A stretch of 63,943 nt of DNA, the filler included, from Octopus bimaculoides (taxonomy: Eukaryota), in NCBI RefSeq assembly GCF_001194135.2. It is 5 parts of 5 records of this genome, joined end to end, with 100 filler letters (N's around TTAATTAATTAA, not from the genome) between each part and the next. Parts side by side here need not be neighbours in the genome. Positions count along the whole stretch, not along the records: positions 19,467 to 49,655 come from NC_068995.1; positions 49,756 to 62,639 come from NC_069000.1; 3 more parts are not named here. The stretch is one strand, 5' to 3'. Each line of letters opens with the position of its first letter. Within the stretch, counting starts at the first letter, position 1. Position numbers and translations under genes: made by a program. This document shows positions 42,040-54,472 of this stretch, one piece after another. The notes beneath the pieces were generated by a model. The model ran no database searches. It was not told the origin of the DNA and saw nothing but the letters and a program-made list of their open reading frames with translations.

Positions 42040-42470
42040 GCAAACAACTTGCACATGCAAGTGCTACCAGTCAAGAATTCCGCATGCCGGAAGCCAGCAA
42101 GTGTATGGGGTCATCAGGAGAGAATGCGCGCCGTTTCGGGGCCTACCTCTCGACGGCATCAATGCGCACCGGCCCCCCTCACTGATATGAGGCCCCGCTT
42201 GCTAGATCAACTGATTATTAAACAAAGCTCAATATTTCTCTAGCCATCGCTCATCGTCTCTTTTTAACCAAATCCAGTGGCTATCCTTCTCCACTGTAGT
42301 TTGGATATCGGTAATGGTGGTATTTACCTTCCGATGAGTTAGGCCTAACGATAACAGCAGTCGTTTCACTCTGTTTCCTACAAATCCTCTACATCCGACT
42401 TCGATTGGAAAATGCTCCGCTTTCCAGCCTGCGTCTTCACATTTCTCGAGGAGGTTTATAATTGTGATCC
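42040..42470 (-). mobile_element. 5'-truncated HERO-like (RLE-class) non-LTR retrotransposon: ORF C-terminus (42456 to stop at 42229) plus GC-rich structured 3' UTR
   Basis: Minus-strand stop-free frame NLLEKCEDAGWKAEHFPIEVGCRGFVGNRVKRLLLSLGLTHRKVNTTITDIQTTVEKDSHWIWLKRDDERWLEKY*. GW-x-P(I/V)EVGCRGF and SxWxWLKR are C-terminal motifs of HERO/NeSL-type elements (recalled family knowledge). The 3' boundary is approximate. Confidence 0.8.
42100..42200 (-). ncRNA. Candidate rearranged (non-circularly permuted) hammerhead-like ribozyme in the HERO-like 3' UTR
   Basis: Minus strand reads GCCG-UC-GAGAG-gua-GGCCCC-GAAA-CGGC-gcgcauu-CUCUC-CUGAUGA-cccc. Stem III (ACGGC/GCCGU) and stem I (GAGAG/CUCUC) pair perfectly around the GUC triplet. 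Stem II lacks the canonical G10.1-C11.1 pair. Confidence 0.45.
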
Positions 42471-45369
42471 GAAGGGGAAATTACGTTAACTCTATAAATC
42501 TAGAGTGTCACTATTTAGACATGATGAGAGTGTCACTATTTAGACATATAACAACTATTGAGAGGACGTCTATGTGCGCGCGTTTTTCTTGGTGTAAATT
42601 AATTCCTGAGTAGAAAATAGATTATAAACTTTTATTTGTCATTTTATTGGGTACTCTCACTTCAATATGCCTACAATATACTACAGACATTCTGGTCCGG
42701 TTTAGGGGTTTTAGCGTTGATGCATAAATTAAAATATTTACTCGTTCACATTAATATTTATGTGTAATGATGTGTAGATAGAAGCAAAATATTATCAGGT
42801 AAATTATGAACTAAATCATATTCACCAGTTACGTCACATTAGTTACAGGTTATTAATTATTACTTAAAGTATCTCACAGTTTAAAGACGGTAAAATATTT
42901 TTTGCGAAAGATTAGTTTACTGTTTCTGCCACTCTACGGCATCACTTTAGCAGATGACACACACCACGGCAACACTTTTACAGGCGACACTCACCACGAA
43001 TTGTGGTATATTATAAGAGACTAAATTAAGCGTATTCTAAGACTGGATATATTTGTGCACAAGAAATGAATTTTAGTGCTAAAGTCGATTATATCGACCC
43101 TGCAACGATTAAATCCTAGAGCAAGTTTAGCGAGATTTGTACTCAGAAACTCAAAAAGAGCAAATCTAACTAAATACCACGATTCTTGCCAGTCCACACA
43201 TCTGTTATGTATTTATTGGCGTACAACAATAATCTCTTAGATCTTAGGATCTTCGACAATGCGTAAATATATTTTTCTCAAAGATGTTTAAATGCATTTT
43301 GATAATGATCGGAACGTAAACATATATTTTTACACCAAAATATATATTTTTAAAGAAATGTAAAGAACAAAATTACAAACCAATAGGAAAATTCAGAGTC
43401 TATTTCTAAAAGAATCCCAGTAAATTGAGGATATTTACATCATTATGAAGGATTTTATGTTTTATATTATATAAGATTTTCATGCCGGCTATATAGCCAT
43501 GGCACTATTGTGTTTCCTAGTCACTTGATATATAGCAAATTTCCCTATTTGTACTGCCATTCAAAGATTTAATATCTGTGAAACAATATCAAGGACATTT
43601 TCACTTGCATGACGTTGCTCCGTTTCCTCAGCTTCAAATACGAATAACGGCATTTATTATTCACTAAGTTCCTTCGTATTAACGATGATAATGATTATTC
43701 ATTCCTCATACAATATGAAATGTAAGCATTATAAATAGAAACGAAAAAAATGTGACCATATCTTTATATCTGATACGATTTGTTCAGATTACATATTTAC
43801 ACACACAAACACACACGCACACACGCAGGTGACGCAAACATTAAGAAAATAACATTCACATGCTTACAGAATGACAAGCATACAGTCACATGACAATACG
43901 GAAATGGGAAAGAAAAAAAGTGCAATATAAATATAGAAACGTATCCAAAAACAGACGTATAGGCCTTTTCAATAGGATTGTACGTACTTCTATATAACAC
44001 TGATTTTAGTGAAAAACCAGGTGATTTTTTTTTTCTGCGTGGATACGTGTAAATGTGAGTATTACTGTTGTGATATATCGTTTATTTTATGTAGTAAATG
44101 TAGTATATGAGGGTTTTACTTGAAACAGAAAGAGATTCAGATAAGTAAATTTTCCAGTAAGGGGCTTTAAATACTGATCACTGTGATAGCGGTATAAGGG
44201 ACCATAAGACTGGGTATAAAATTCTGCAATGCTCATAAAGCACCACTCTATGGCAACAGGAATATATTTATTGAGACAATAAATATACAAACTCAAATTC
44301 CTACATTCCATTGAGTATGAATATATATGTATATGTATGTGCAAATACATATACATATTTCTTTGCTTGCTCCAGTCATTATATTGCGGCCGTGCTGCAT
44401 TACCATCTTAAACAATTTTCCTGGAAATAATCGACTACAGAACTTATCTTTTGAAGCGTAGCATTTGGTACTTATCTGTGTGTGTGTGTGTTTCTATTAG
44501 TGTGTATGTGTTTGTGTTTGTTTGTGTGTGCGAGCGCGTGCATTGTCTCTCAAGAATTAACAACTAAAGGGAGAGAATTCTAGGTAAAATTTAATTTGAA
44601 AAGGATGCACATTTAAATTTAATTTTTAATGTTCTTTTCCTTTTAACTTAAAATGAAGTTCTGAATGTTTTAGTAGTTCGAATCCGGGTATTGCAATATT
44701 TAATCCTCCTCTAGAAACTTCAGCACTACACAATTCCAGATATAACTTCAATAATGCTTCATTCAACATTCTACAAAGTTGCCTAAAAAGCCAGAGAATA
44801 TAGGAGTTAATCCAACATCCAAAAGACATTTCGTTTCCTTTTAATGTCTATTCATCCCGAATCGTTAAATGTTTAGCGGTAGAAAAAAAAGAGAAAAAGA
44901 AGCACTTCTTACATAATTCAAAATATTTCCTGGTTAATTCAGCCTTGCTGCTCTTTGTATAACTATGGTTGGTATTTGATCGCGAAAAATTTCGAAAGCT
45001 TGTCTTTGAATATTGATTCCGACTGGAAATATAGATTTATGGTTCCTATATCTTCTGGTGCCAGATTTCGCGATGTGTTAGAATATAATTGATATTATTT
45101 ATAACCTTATCGCTACGGCACTTGCGGATATTTTTCGAAGATAATCTTAGAAAAGTGACTAAAGAATGCTTAGAAAATATTTGGTCTCAGGCGAATTTAA
45201 ACATTAAGGGGAGGAAAACGCTTCTATTTTAAATTAAATAGAAAAACATGCATAATTTCAGATATAATTATTAATTTTCCTCTTGATTCTTATATAAAAT
45301 AAAGTTATTATTCCAGTCGCATGGATGTGATTAAAAAACTAATGATAATGATGAAAATGAGGATGAAGA

Positions 45370-45371
<2 letters not shown>

Positions 45372-45422
<51 letters not shown>

Positions 45423-45437
45423 AGTAATAATAATAAT

Positions 45438-45482
<45 letters not shown>
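45372..45482. repeat. Compound (GAT)n-(AAT)n microsatellite
   Basis: Direct reading. Confidence 0.97.
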
Positions 45483-45486
<4 letters not shown>

Positions 45487-45524
45487 GCAGCAACAACAAC
45501 AGCAACAACAGAAATTACAAAATA

Positions 45525-46115
45525 CATGTAATGAAAAGAAATACAACTAACTGCAGAATATGTGAAAATGGAGGCGAATCGATAAATCATATTATTTCTG
45601 GCTGCTCAGTCCTGGCTGCTCAGTCCTGGATAAGGAGGAATGTATTCACAGACACGACAGAGTTGGGACCTATATATACTGAGATCTGTGCCAACACTAT
45701 GCAATAACAACGTAAAAAGATGATATAGGCACACACCTGAAAAGGTCGCAAAAAATGTGAAAGCAACCATACTCTGGGATATGCCGATAAACACAGACAC
45801 AAAAAATAAAGCCAATAGGTCGGCTATAGTTGTCACAGATCATCGAGAGAAATAAAGTTCTTTCTAATTGATGTATCAATACCAACAGATGACAATGTTA
45901 CTCTAAAGGAAACGGGGAAACATTCAAAGTACAATGATCTGCAAATAAACGTAACTAGAATGTTGAGTCTAAAATAGAAACAATTGCTATTATTTTCGGC
46001 GCATTAGGTACGAAAGAGAAATATTCAAACAAATATATAGTAAAAACACCAGGACTAAAATGTATATATAACATTCAGAAAATAGCACTATTAGGCACCG
46101 AACATAGAACCATAT
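45525..46115 (+). mobile_element. Decayed R4/Dong-like RLE element: CCHC zinc knuckle + endonuclease
   Basis: CRICENGGESINHIISGC (CX2CX8HX4C), RHDRVGTYIY, ILWDMPINTD...LIDVSIPTDDN...KYNDL...IFGALG...IQKIALLGT, with stops and frameshifts. Lies about 40 bp downstream of an (AAT)n array. Confidence 0.9.
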
Positions 46116-46279
46116 GCAGAACGTACTGGCCTCTAAGCTTCTTGCTTTCAGACACTCCAACGACCACACACATTCAAACACACATACACACACACATACA
46201 TACACACAAACACACACACATGCAAACAAGCATATACACCCACGCGTGCACACACACACATATATACATTTGCGTGTTT

Positions 46280-46317
<38 letters not shown>

Positions 46318-47360
46318 TCATGCACATATATATATATATATATGCATATATATATATATATATATGCACAAGCACATACATACATAAATACACGTGCATA
46401 CACATATACACAAGCAAATGCACATTTACAAATACAAAGGGATACTTGCATACACACTCGTGTGCAACAAATATCCGTCTGCTCACATGAATTCGTCCCT
46501 AAAGATAGATAGAGGTGACGAAAATTTCTTGAGAATGAGACACACCCTAGACGAAATAGGTAATGCCATATATGATGTCACGAATTGTGACGAAATTACA
46601 CTAACAAGAAGTTAATTAATTAATTGACGACATAAGCTATTGATGAAGTGCTCAATTAGTTAAACAATTAATTTATCACCTTGGAGGCTGATAATGCTAA
46701 AAACAATTGAAATAGAACCAATGCAAGTATTTCGTATGGCTCAAACGACCGCCTTAATGTGTATATATACACACATAAACACACACATACACACATACCC
46801 ACACACACATACAAATGTACGTGCACATATACACACATACAAACGTACATGCACATACATACACATACACATGCATATACATATACAGCTATATATTGAC
46901 GATTTAAATAAGAGTTTTGACTGTTATTTCCAACAGGGAGAAATAATTAGTGTCCTTCGATTATATACATCGTCTCGATCTACCCGTGTGCTTGATACAT
47001 TAAGTCAGCTTAATGAGTGGATATTTGCCTGTCCAGTATTATCTCTAGAAATAAGAAATGCCTCATATTAGACATACCAACGGAATAATTTTTTTTCCTT
47101 ATTCATTCACACTTGATACACAACCGAACAACTAATCAAGAAATCGCCCAATTGCTTCCTTAAAAGTTGCGCTGCATAAATGATGGAAATGAAAAAGGCT
47201 GATGCTGGTATAAATTACCCATTCCTAGAATCGGGAAGCTTTTACCGAACACTACGACTTACGCAAGGCAAGAGTACATTCCCAGTAATAGCAAAATTTG
47301 ATCAAATAGATTAATGAGAGTATTCTTGGTATATTTGTATGCATGTATGCAATCAACGGT

Positions 47361-47785
47361 TCACGGTTCGGTCCAAGTGCAAGGCAAGTTGGGCAAGTAT
47401 CTCTTAATATAGACGAGGGCGAGCAAAGTGTTGTGTGTAGTGATTGTAGACCGTAAATGAAAGTAGTTTGTCGTTTTGGGATGCGAATGTCGGCGTGTTT
47501 GTGTATATGTGTGTATGTGTGTATCTATGTACGTAATTATGTATGTACCTATGTACCTGTCTCTCTGTCTGCGTCTGTGCATATGTCTGTTTTTCTCATT
47601 GTGTTTTTGTTTGTCTTCGTCATCTTTTTCAGACAGTTGTTACTTTGTTTACCTCTCCGTAATTTAGCTGTTTAGCAAAGAAGAATAGCAAGAGAATAGC
47701 AAGTACAGGGGTGAATTTGTTCGACTAAACCGTTCAAGGCCCAGTGCCCCCGCAGACCAATGACTGAGACAAGTAAAATATGAAT
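47361..47785 (+). mobile_element. SINE family B, composite copy (5' module remnant + TG/TA microsatellite + 3' module)
   Basis: TTGGGCAAGTATCT (47389-47402), degenerate (TG)n at 47490-47600, 3' module GGGGTGAATTTGTTCGACTAAACCGTTCAAGG...AATGACTGAGACAAGTAAAA. Confidence 0.65.
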
Positions 47786-48975
47786 GATAAAATAAAAGAA
47801 TGTGTGTTTATAGCGCGTATTTATTTTTGTATGTGTTGCAGTTGTTTTAAGATAATTCTCATTCATTCGATATTTTTGGATGTGCTTGCAGACACGCAAG
47901 TTATTTTTTATCGGTACATAAGTGTCGGTATGAATTTGAATGCTATTGTATTATATAAAAGCGTGTACGTGCTTGCGAGTGCGTGTGTGAGGAGGGTGGG
48001 AGTTTGTGACTATTTTAGTTTAATATATGTTTTAAGAGTCTGTGTGTATTGATACGCTTTGTGAATGCCTACGTAGCGGAGTTGTGTCTCTAAAATAGTG
48101 TAGTTCATGAAAGTGCTGTTTAATTTGTTTTACAACTCTCTATGAGTGTGTCTCGCTTCGGATTTACTTCTGAGGGAGTTTTGCTTGTTTATTTGTTTGT
48201 CATATTTGAGTCTATGATTTATTTTTTAGTATGCGTGTGTGTACACAGTTTTGAAACGTATGAATGTGCACGACTAGTAATATAGCAATGTATGTATAAT
48301 CAAGTGTGAGAGTACCCTTGCTTGTATAGTGTGAATGCAAATGAACTCTGATTGTATGTATGTGCATTTTAAAGTCAAAAAAGGGCAGCATGCGATTACT
48401 ATGCCTTGCGTAATTATCGTGCGCATGTTTCAAATCCTTTGGATATATGGTGACAAGGAGAGATTCTTAAATAAGCAAAATTCAACGGAAATTTGAAACC
48501 GAGTGAAAGGTATTACTGAACATTTGTAAATATTTACGTATTCTTTCCGTACGTGGCACAAAAACTTCGATCTGGCACAACTATTAATAATAATAGTAAT
48601 AATAATAATAGTAATAATAATAATAATAATAGTAATAATAATAATAATAATAATTATAATAATAATTCTTCATTTTTTTCATTTTTCCTTTTTAACGGTG
48701 TGAATGTGTACGTGTGTGAGTATATGTATATGCATGTACATATTTTATATGAATATGTGTGTGCGCGTGTGTATATGTGCATGCGCATATGTATGCGTAT
48801 GAGTGTCACACGGTGTGCGACTTTCATGGTCGCGTCCCATTCATTAATCGGATGCGCATAGGTTTGCATNNNNNNNNNNNNNNNNNNNNNNNNNNNNNNN
48901 NNNNNNNNNNNNNNNNNNNNNNNNNNNNNNNNNNNNNNNNNNNNNNNNNNNNNNNNNNNNNNNNNNNNNNNNNNN

Positions 48976-49012
<37 letters not shown>

Positions 49013-49618
49013 GTGTGTGTGTGTGTGTGCGCGCGAGTGTGTATGTAATTATATATTTCTCTGTGTGTCTGTGTTTCTCCCCACCATCGCTTGCCAACCG
49101 ATATTCCTGTGTTTATGTCCCCGTAAGTTACCGTTAACACGCACACACATATATATAAAAATAGAAAATGCTAAGACATATGGAAAGTTTCTGCAGAAAC
49201 ATAGTAAAAATGCGGTTTCTATCCATGATCATGGAGGGAGGGCAAGGCCGTAACATGTATTTTGTCACATGTATATAAGTATATGTGGGAGTATAATATA
49301 ATATAAAATAATATATAATATGTACTTATATTTATATGTATAAATGTCTAAGTATATGTGTATGCATACAGACACCTCTCTTTATAGGAGGATGAAGTTG
49401 TATGTACATATACATATATAGATATAAATGTGTGCGTGAGTCTGCGGATGATTGTGTATGCATTAGTACAAACATACAAATATATGTTTGTTTGTGTATG
49501 TGCATTTACATATACATGTTTGTGTATATGTGGACGTTATGAACGCAGGAGGTGTTATGTCTATGTATTGTGAAAAAATGGTTGCTAGAATTATGTCAAA
49601 ATCCATTTGTCTATCAAC

Positions 49619-49655
<37 letters not shown>

Positions 49656-49755
49656 NNNNNNNNNNNNNNNNNNNNNNNNNNNNNNNNNNNNNNNNNNNNT
49701 TAATTAATTAANNNNNNNNNNNNNNNNNNNNNNNNNNNNNNNNNNNNNNNNNNNN
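49656..49755. other. Artificial 100-bp assembly spacer
   Basis: 44 N + TTAATTAATTAA (49700-49711) + 44 N. Confidence 0.97.
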
Positions 49756-49821
<66 letters not shown>

Positions 49822-50228
49822 ACGTATCTGTGTCTTTTCTGTTTTCCCAGGCTGATAAGTATTGTAGTAAACATATATATACATAACATACCTATATACA
49901 CACTTACTAATACACATTCATACGTAGATATAAGCATAAATATACGTACACATACATACTTGTTATACATACACGTACACACACATCCACATACACATAT
50001 ATACACGCACACACACATATATATATATACATGTATGCATTATGATTGTGAATGTACACACACATATATAAGCATATATATATGTGTATGCATGCATGTA
50101 TACGTGTGTGTGTGTATGTATATATGTGTGTGTGCAAAGATAAAGTCATTAAACTATTTTCTGCTACAAATTTATCGAAATATCTTTATGAATACCGGAA
50201 TGCCTGTCTGTCTGCATATATCTAACGG

Positions 50229-50299
50229 AGCCAATCGTTTCGTCACTTATTCTATAAACAGCACAACAACAACAATTACAATAACTGACGAATCTCATT
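50229..50299 (+). promoter_or_regulatory. Candidate core promoter of the SLC16-like gene
   Basis: NF-Y-consensus AGCCAATCG (50229-50237), CRE half-sites CGTCA (50241-50245) and TGACG (50286-50290), TATAAA (50253-50258), and Inr-like TCATTT (about 50295-50300) cluster within about 70 bp, about 0.8 kb upstream of the ATG. Motif-only inference. Confidence 0.45.
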
Positions 50300-50364
50300 T
50301 CGCATGAATGTCACAACGCCACGTTTCTCTCTGCGCAACTTCCACTGTTCTTTTCATTCACAAG
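50290..50364 (+). other. Putative non-coding first exon (5' UTR) of the SLC16-like gene
   Basis: Consensus donor AAG|GTAATG at 50365 lies downstream of the TATA box. An acceptor TTTCAG| at 51045 sits only 16 nt before the ATG, implying an upstream exon. The start position is uncertain. Confidence 0.45.
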
Positions 50365-51061
50365 GTAATGCGAAATCATTTACACAATCTTATATTTATG
50401 TAATATAGATCAACAGTTTTGTAGTGTATCGCTAGTTATTCAACGTATGATCGTGGTACAGTAATGAGTTTCGATGTAATCAGCAAAGGTTACTTTCCTC
50501 TTATCGACAGCCAATTCTAATAATTATTGAAGGGTCTCAGTAGAGAAACTATTACACTCGTGAGACGAGTATAATTGTTGATCGTCAGACTTTTGAAACT
50601 GCAATCATTTAATTGATGGAGAAAAAATATCAGCAAAAATTATCAGAAAAATTTAATGGAATTAGAAGGCTAAAATGTAAAGAATAATGTTTTGGGCTAA
50701 AAATGGTTTCACAGAAAGAAACAATAACCCACTTCCTTGCCTTTTATTGTCTCCATGAAGCAGTGATAGCTATTTCGTAAGTACATCGTTTAATTTTCGT
50801 ACTCGTCTCATTAGTTAAAGAGTTTCTTTGATAATTTATTGGTAAATTAAAGTAATTGGCAGTCGATAAGAAGAGAATAAACTAGAAAGTTTAGTTCGAT
50901 CTTTTAACTTCAAGTTTCTGTCGATTAAAATTTCCAAATAATCGACGGATATTTATCCACTAAAATATTTACTGAGTACATTCAAATATTTCATGACTTC
51001 TGAGCAAATACGAAATCTACATTGTTTTATTTAAAATAATTTCAGTAAATTCATTCCAAAT

Positions 51062-51311
51062 ATGTCCTTTAACTCCGTACAACATGAACCAGTTCTCAAA
51101 GATGTGGAAAGTTATCAGAAACGACCAGCGCCACTAGATGGAGGCTGGGGATGGGTCGTCTGTTTTGCTGCAGCCTCTCTCGCTTTCATTGTAAATGGAC
51201 TGACAAGTTCTTCTGGAATATTCCTTATTGGTCTCACCAGAATCTTTGACGACCCAGTATCGAAGCTGTCTTTAATCGGAGCACTATTAAGTGGACTCAG
51301 TATGCTTGCAG
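51062..51311 (+). CDS. SLC16-like coding exon 1 (aa 1-83; TM1-2)
   Basis: ATG at 51062; MSFNSVQ...[12 protein letters not shown]...GLSMLA; donor G|GTAAAT at 51312; upstream acceptor TTTCAG ends at 51045. Confidence 0.95.
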
Positions 51312-52716
51312 GTAAATGTCATTCCTATTTCTTTTTCTTCATTTACCCATTTTGGTCACAGAATATTTCTCTATTAAATTTCCACTTGAATATCTTTCCC
51401 ATGATGCTTTTCTATTATCTTTCTAAAACCATCATTATATATATCGATTATTATATGCTACCGTTACGATCAAGCTATTATTATATATCTATCATGACAT
51501 AGTATCGTTATTATCCAAATATCATTATATATTTCTCATTTCCCTGAATTTCATCTTGACTCTATTACTTATCAAGCTACGTCTGTTTCCTGGTAAATAT
51601 GGTGAATATCAACTTGTCAAGAAGGATTCATCTGTCTTTATTCACTCTTCTGATAAATGAGTTAAAAAAGAGAGTTCAGCTTCATTTCCAATATAAAGTA
51701 CAAAATCAATAATTAGATCGAACCTAAGTTTCTTAAACTACGATGTTGACACCTCATTCACTTCACCAATCCTTATCACATTATATTTTCAGCTCCAGTT
51801 GCCAGTATGTTGTTGGTTTACTTTAGCCATCGGACAGTGATCATATTAGCAGGTCTTCTGGGTTTCATAGGAGCTGTATTGGGAGCATTTTCGACCAGTA
51901 TCGATATGATGATAGCTACATATGGCCTCATAGCAGGTGAGATTTCGTTGACCATCCAAATATATTCCAAATGTCAATATGTCATCTTTAAAAAATATGA
52001 ATGAATGAATACCAACACCCGAAACGAGATGCAAAGAAAAATAAACGGCATAGATAACAATATTTTCTCGAAATATTCAAATTATGATTGAAAATGTTTA
52101 TCTGTTGCTGGTTTCGTTAACTTCCGAAAGGTAGAAGCTGATAAGAAAATTTCACCATCGGAAAGAACATATGTCTTGCCAACCTGTAATAAATGTTATC
52201 TTTCTTTTGGGAGTGTAAAAAGACACAATGCCAAATGCCATGATGCTATATTCTGTTTAACAGAAATATTTATGAGATAAATTTGGTTGATCAGCTGCTG
52301 AGCTTAAATATCATCTTAGCTTTGAAGCTCATTGAAAAAAAGGGCTTACTTATTACTGAGCCGACATGAATCAATGTTTGAGCGTATATGTGTTTGTGTT
52401 CGTGGTGTGTGTGTGTGGGGGGGGGGGAATAGATAACGTTGCTATGTCGTTAAAATAACACACATTTCGAATGTTTATTGTCACTTCTGGCGAGATAAAA
52501 CATTCACTTTTATATGCGAGCAACTGACATAATTTGTACTTCTCATGGCTTAATTAATTACTCACAGCTTTAAAAATAATAATTACAGCTTCAAAAATAA
52601 TTAGTGATCGCCAAAATAACAATAATAAATGTGTTACTGCGTTAACAATGGGAAGGACGGAACTATGGAGGAATGATCAGAAAAAAATAACAGAATACTG
52701 TCGGAAGTTCTGTTCA

Positions 52717-52760
<44 letters not shown>

Positions 52761-54435
52761 TAGAGAGAGAGAGAGAAGGAGTAGCCAAAATATTCCCTTT
52801 TGAAGTGGTGAATGTGCTGGTGCTTGCATAAATCGTATCTGTGGAGACCCAAGAATTTCCCAGCCATTATGCATGTGTTGTTTTAAGAATTCCTACAGAC
52901 GTGTTGAAAACAGTCCTATTGACCAACCAACCAACCAATGAAACTTAACACCTCGTTTTATCATCGATATCTAATGTCGAATAAGTTTTCCAGTTCATAA
53001 TCACGATATAAACAGGGAAATTTTAACACCTGTCATCATAAATCTGACTGTTAAATAATCAGTTTCTATGGAAGTAATTATGAAAATGGTAAAAGTACTT
53101 CAGGAACTTCTAAATGGACAAACACACTGCATTTAGAAGCACAATTCAAAAAATCACCAGTCAGTCACAAAACAGCTCCACCGCTTTCATCTCTCTACAA
53201 TACTTTGCTGAGTATTTCCAAAATAATTTTTGTGAATTATCTTACGATTTTTTTCAGGTGTGTCACTTGGAATGTCATTTTTCACGGGGCAAATCATTGC
53301 AGGATTCTATTTTGAAAAGAAGCGTGCTCTGGCAATAGGAATATCGAATTGTGGTGGTGGAATGGGGATACTAGTGGCCAACATGTTAGTTGAGTACCTC
53401 ATAGAGTTTTATGGACCGAGAGGGACATTGCTTCTTATTTCAGGGGCTCTTTTGAATATTGTTGTTTTTGGATCGCTTTGCCGACCCCTGCAATATGCCT
53501 ACAAAAATGTTGAGCAGAAAGAATCTAAAGGTAAGATTGATACAATTTGAAATATTATTACGTAAGCATATAAATACACAGAATATTTACGCATGTGNNN
53601 NNNNNNNNNNNNNNNNNNNNNNNNNNNNNNNNNNNNNNNNNNNNNNNNNNNNNNNNNNNNNNNNNNNNNNNNNNNNNNNNNNNNNNNNNNNNNNNNNNNN
53701 NNNNNNNNNNNNNNNNNNNNNNNNNNNNNNNNNNNNNNNNNNNNNNNNNNNNNNNNNNNNNNNNNNNNNNNNNNNNNNNNNNNNNNNNNNNNNNNNNNNN
53801 NNNNNNNNNNNNNNNNNNNNNNNNNNNNNNNNNNNNNNNNNNNNNNNNNNNNNNNNNNNNNNNNNNNNNNNNNNNNNNNNNNNNNNNNNNNNNNNNNNNN
53901 NNNNNNNNNNNNNNNNNNNNNNNNNNNNNNNNNNNNNNNNNNNNNNNNNNNNNNNNNNNNNNNNNNNNNNNNNNNNNNNNNNNNNNNNNNNNNNNNNNNN
54001 NNNNNNNNNNNNNNNNNNNNNNNNNNNNNNNNNNNNNNNNNNNNNNNNNNNNNNNNNNNNNNNNNNNNNNNNNNNNNNNNNNNNNNNNNNNNNNNNNNNN
54101 NNNNNNNNNNNNNNNNNNNNNNNNNNNNNNNNNNNNNNNNNNNNNNNNNNNNNNNNNNNNNNNNNNNNNNNNNNNNNNNNNNNNNNNNNNNNNNNNNNNN
54201 NNNNNNNNNNNNNNNNNNNNNNNNNNNNNNNNNNNNNNNNNNNNNNNNNNNNNNNNNNNNNNNNNNNNNNNNNNNNNNNNNNNNNNNNNNNNNNNNNNNN
54301 NNNNNNNNNNNNNNNNNNNNNNNNNNNNNNNNNNNNNNNNNNNNNNNNNNNNNNNNNNNNNNNNNNNNNNNNNNNNNNNNNNNNNNNNNNNNNNNNNNNN
54401 NNNNNNNNNNNNNNNNNNNNNNNNNNNNNNNNNNN

Positions 54436-54472
<37 letters not shown>

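Noticed and set aside
42502-42547. 21-bp tandem duplicate AGAGTGTCACTATTTAGACAT resembling the reverse SP6 promoter (vector contamination?)
   Set aside because: Only a partial match to the SP6 sequence and no other vector sequence nearby; a local duplication.
45321-45707. 128-aa ORF with poly-D/poly-N and a CCHC motif as a host gene
   Set aside because: It is a microsatellite fused by chance to the zinc knuckle of the decayed retrotransposon.
46613-46625. Natural TTAATTAATTAA-like runs (also near 52550)
   Set aside because: Not flanked by 44-N blocks; ordinary AT-rich sequence, not spacers.
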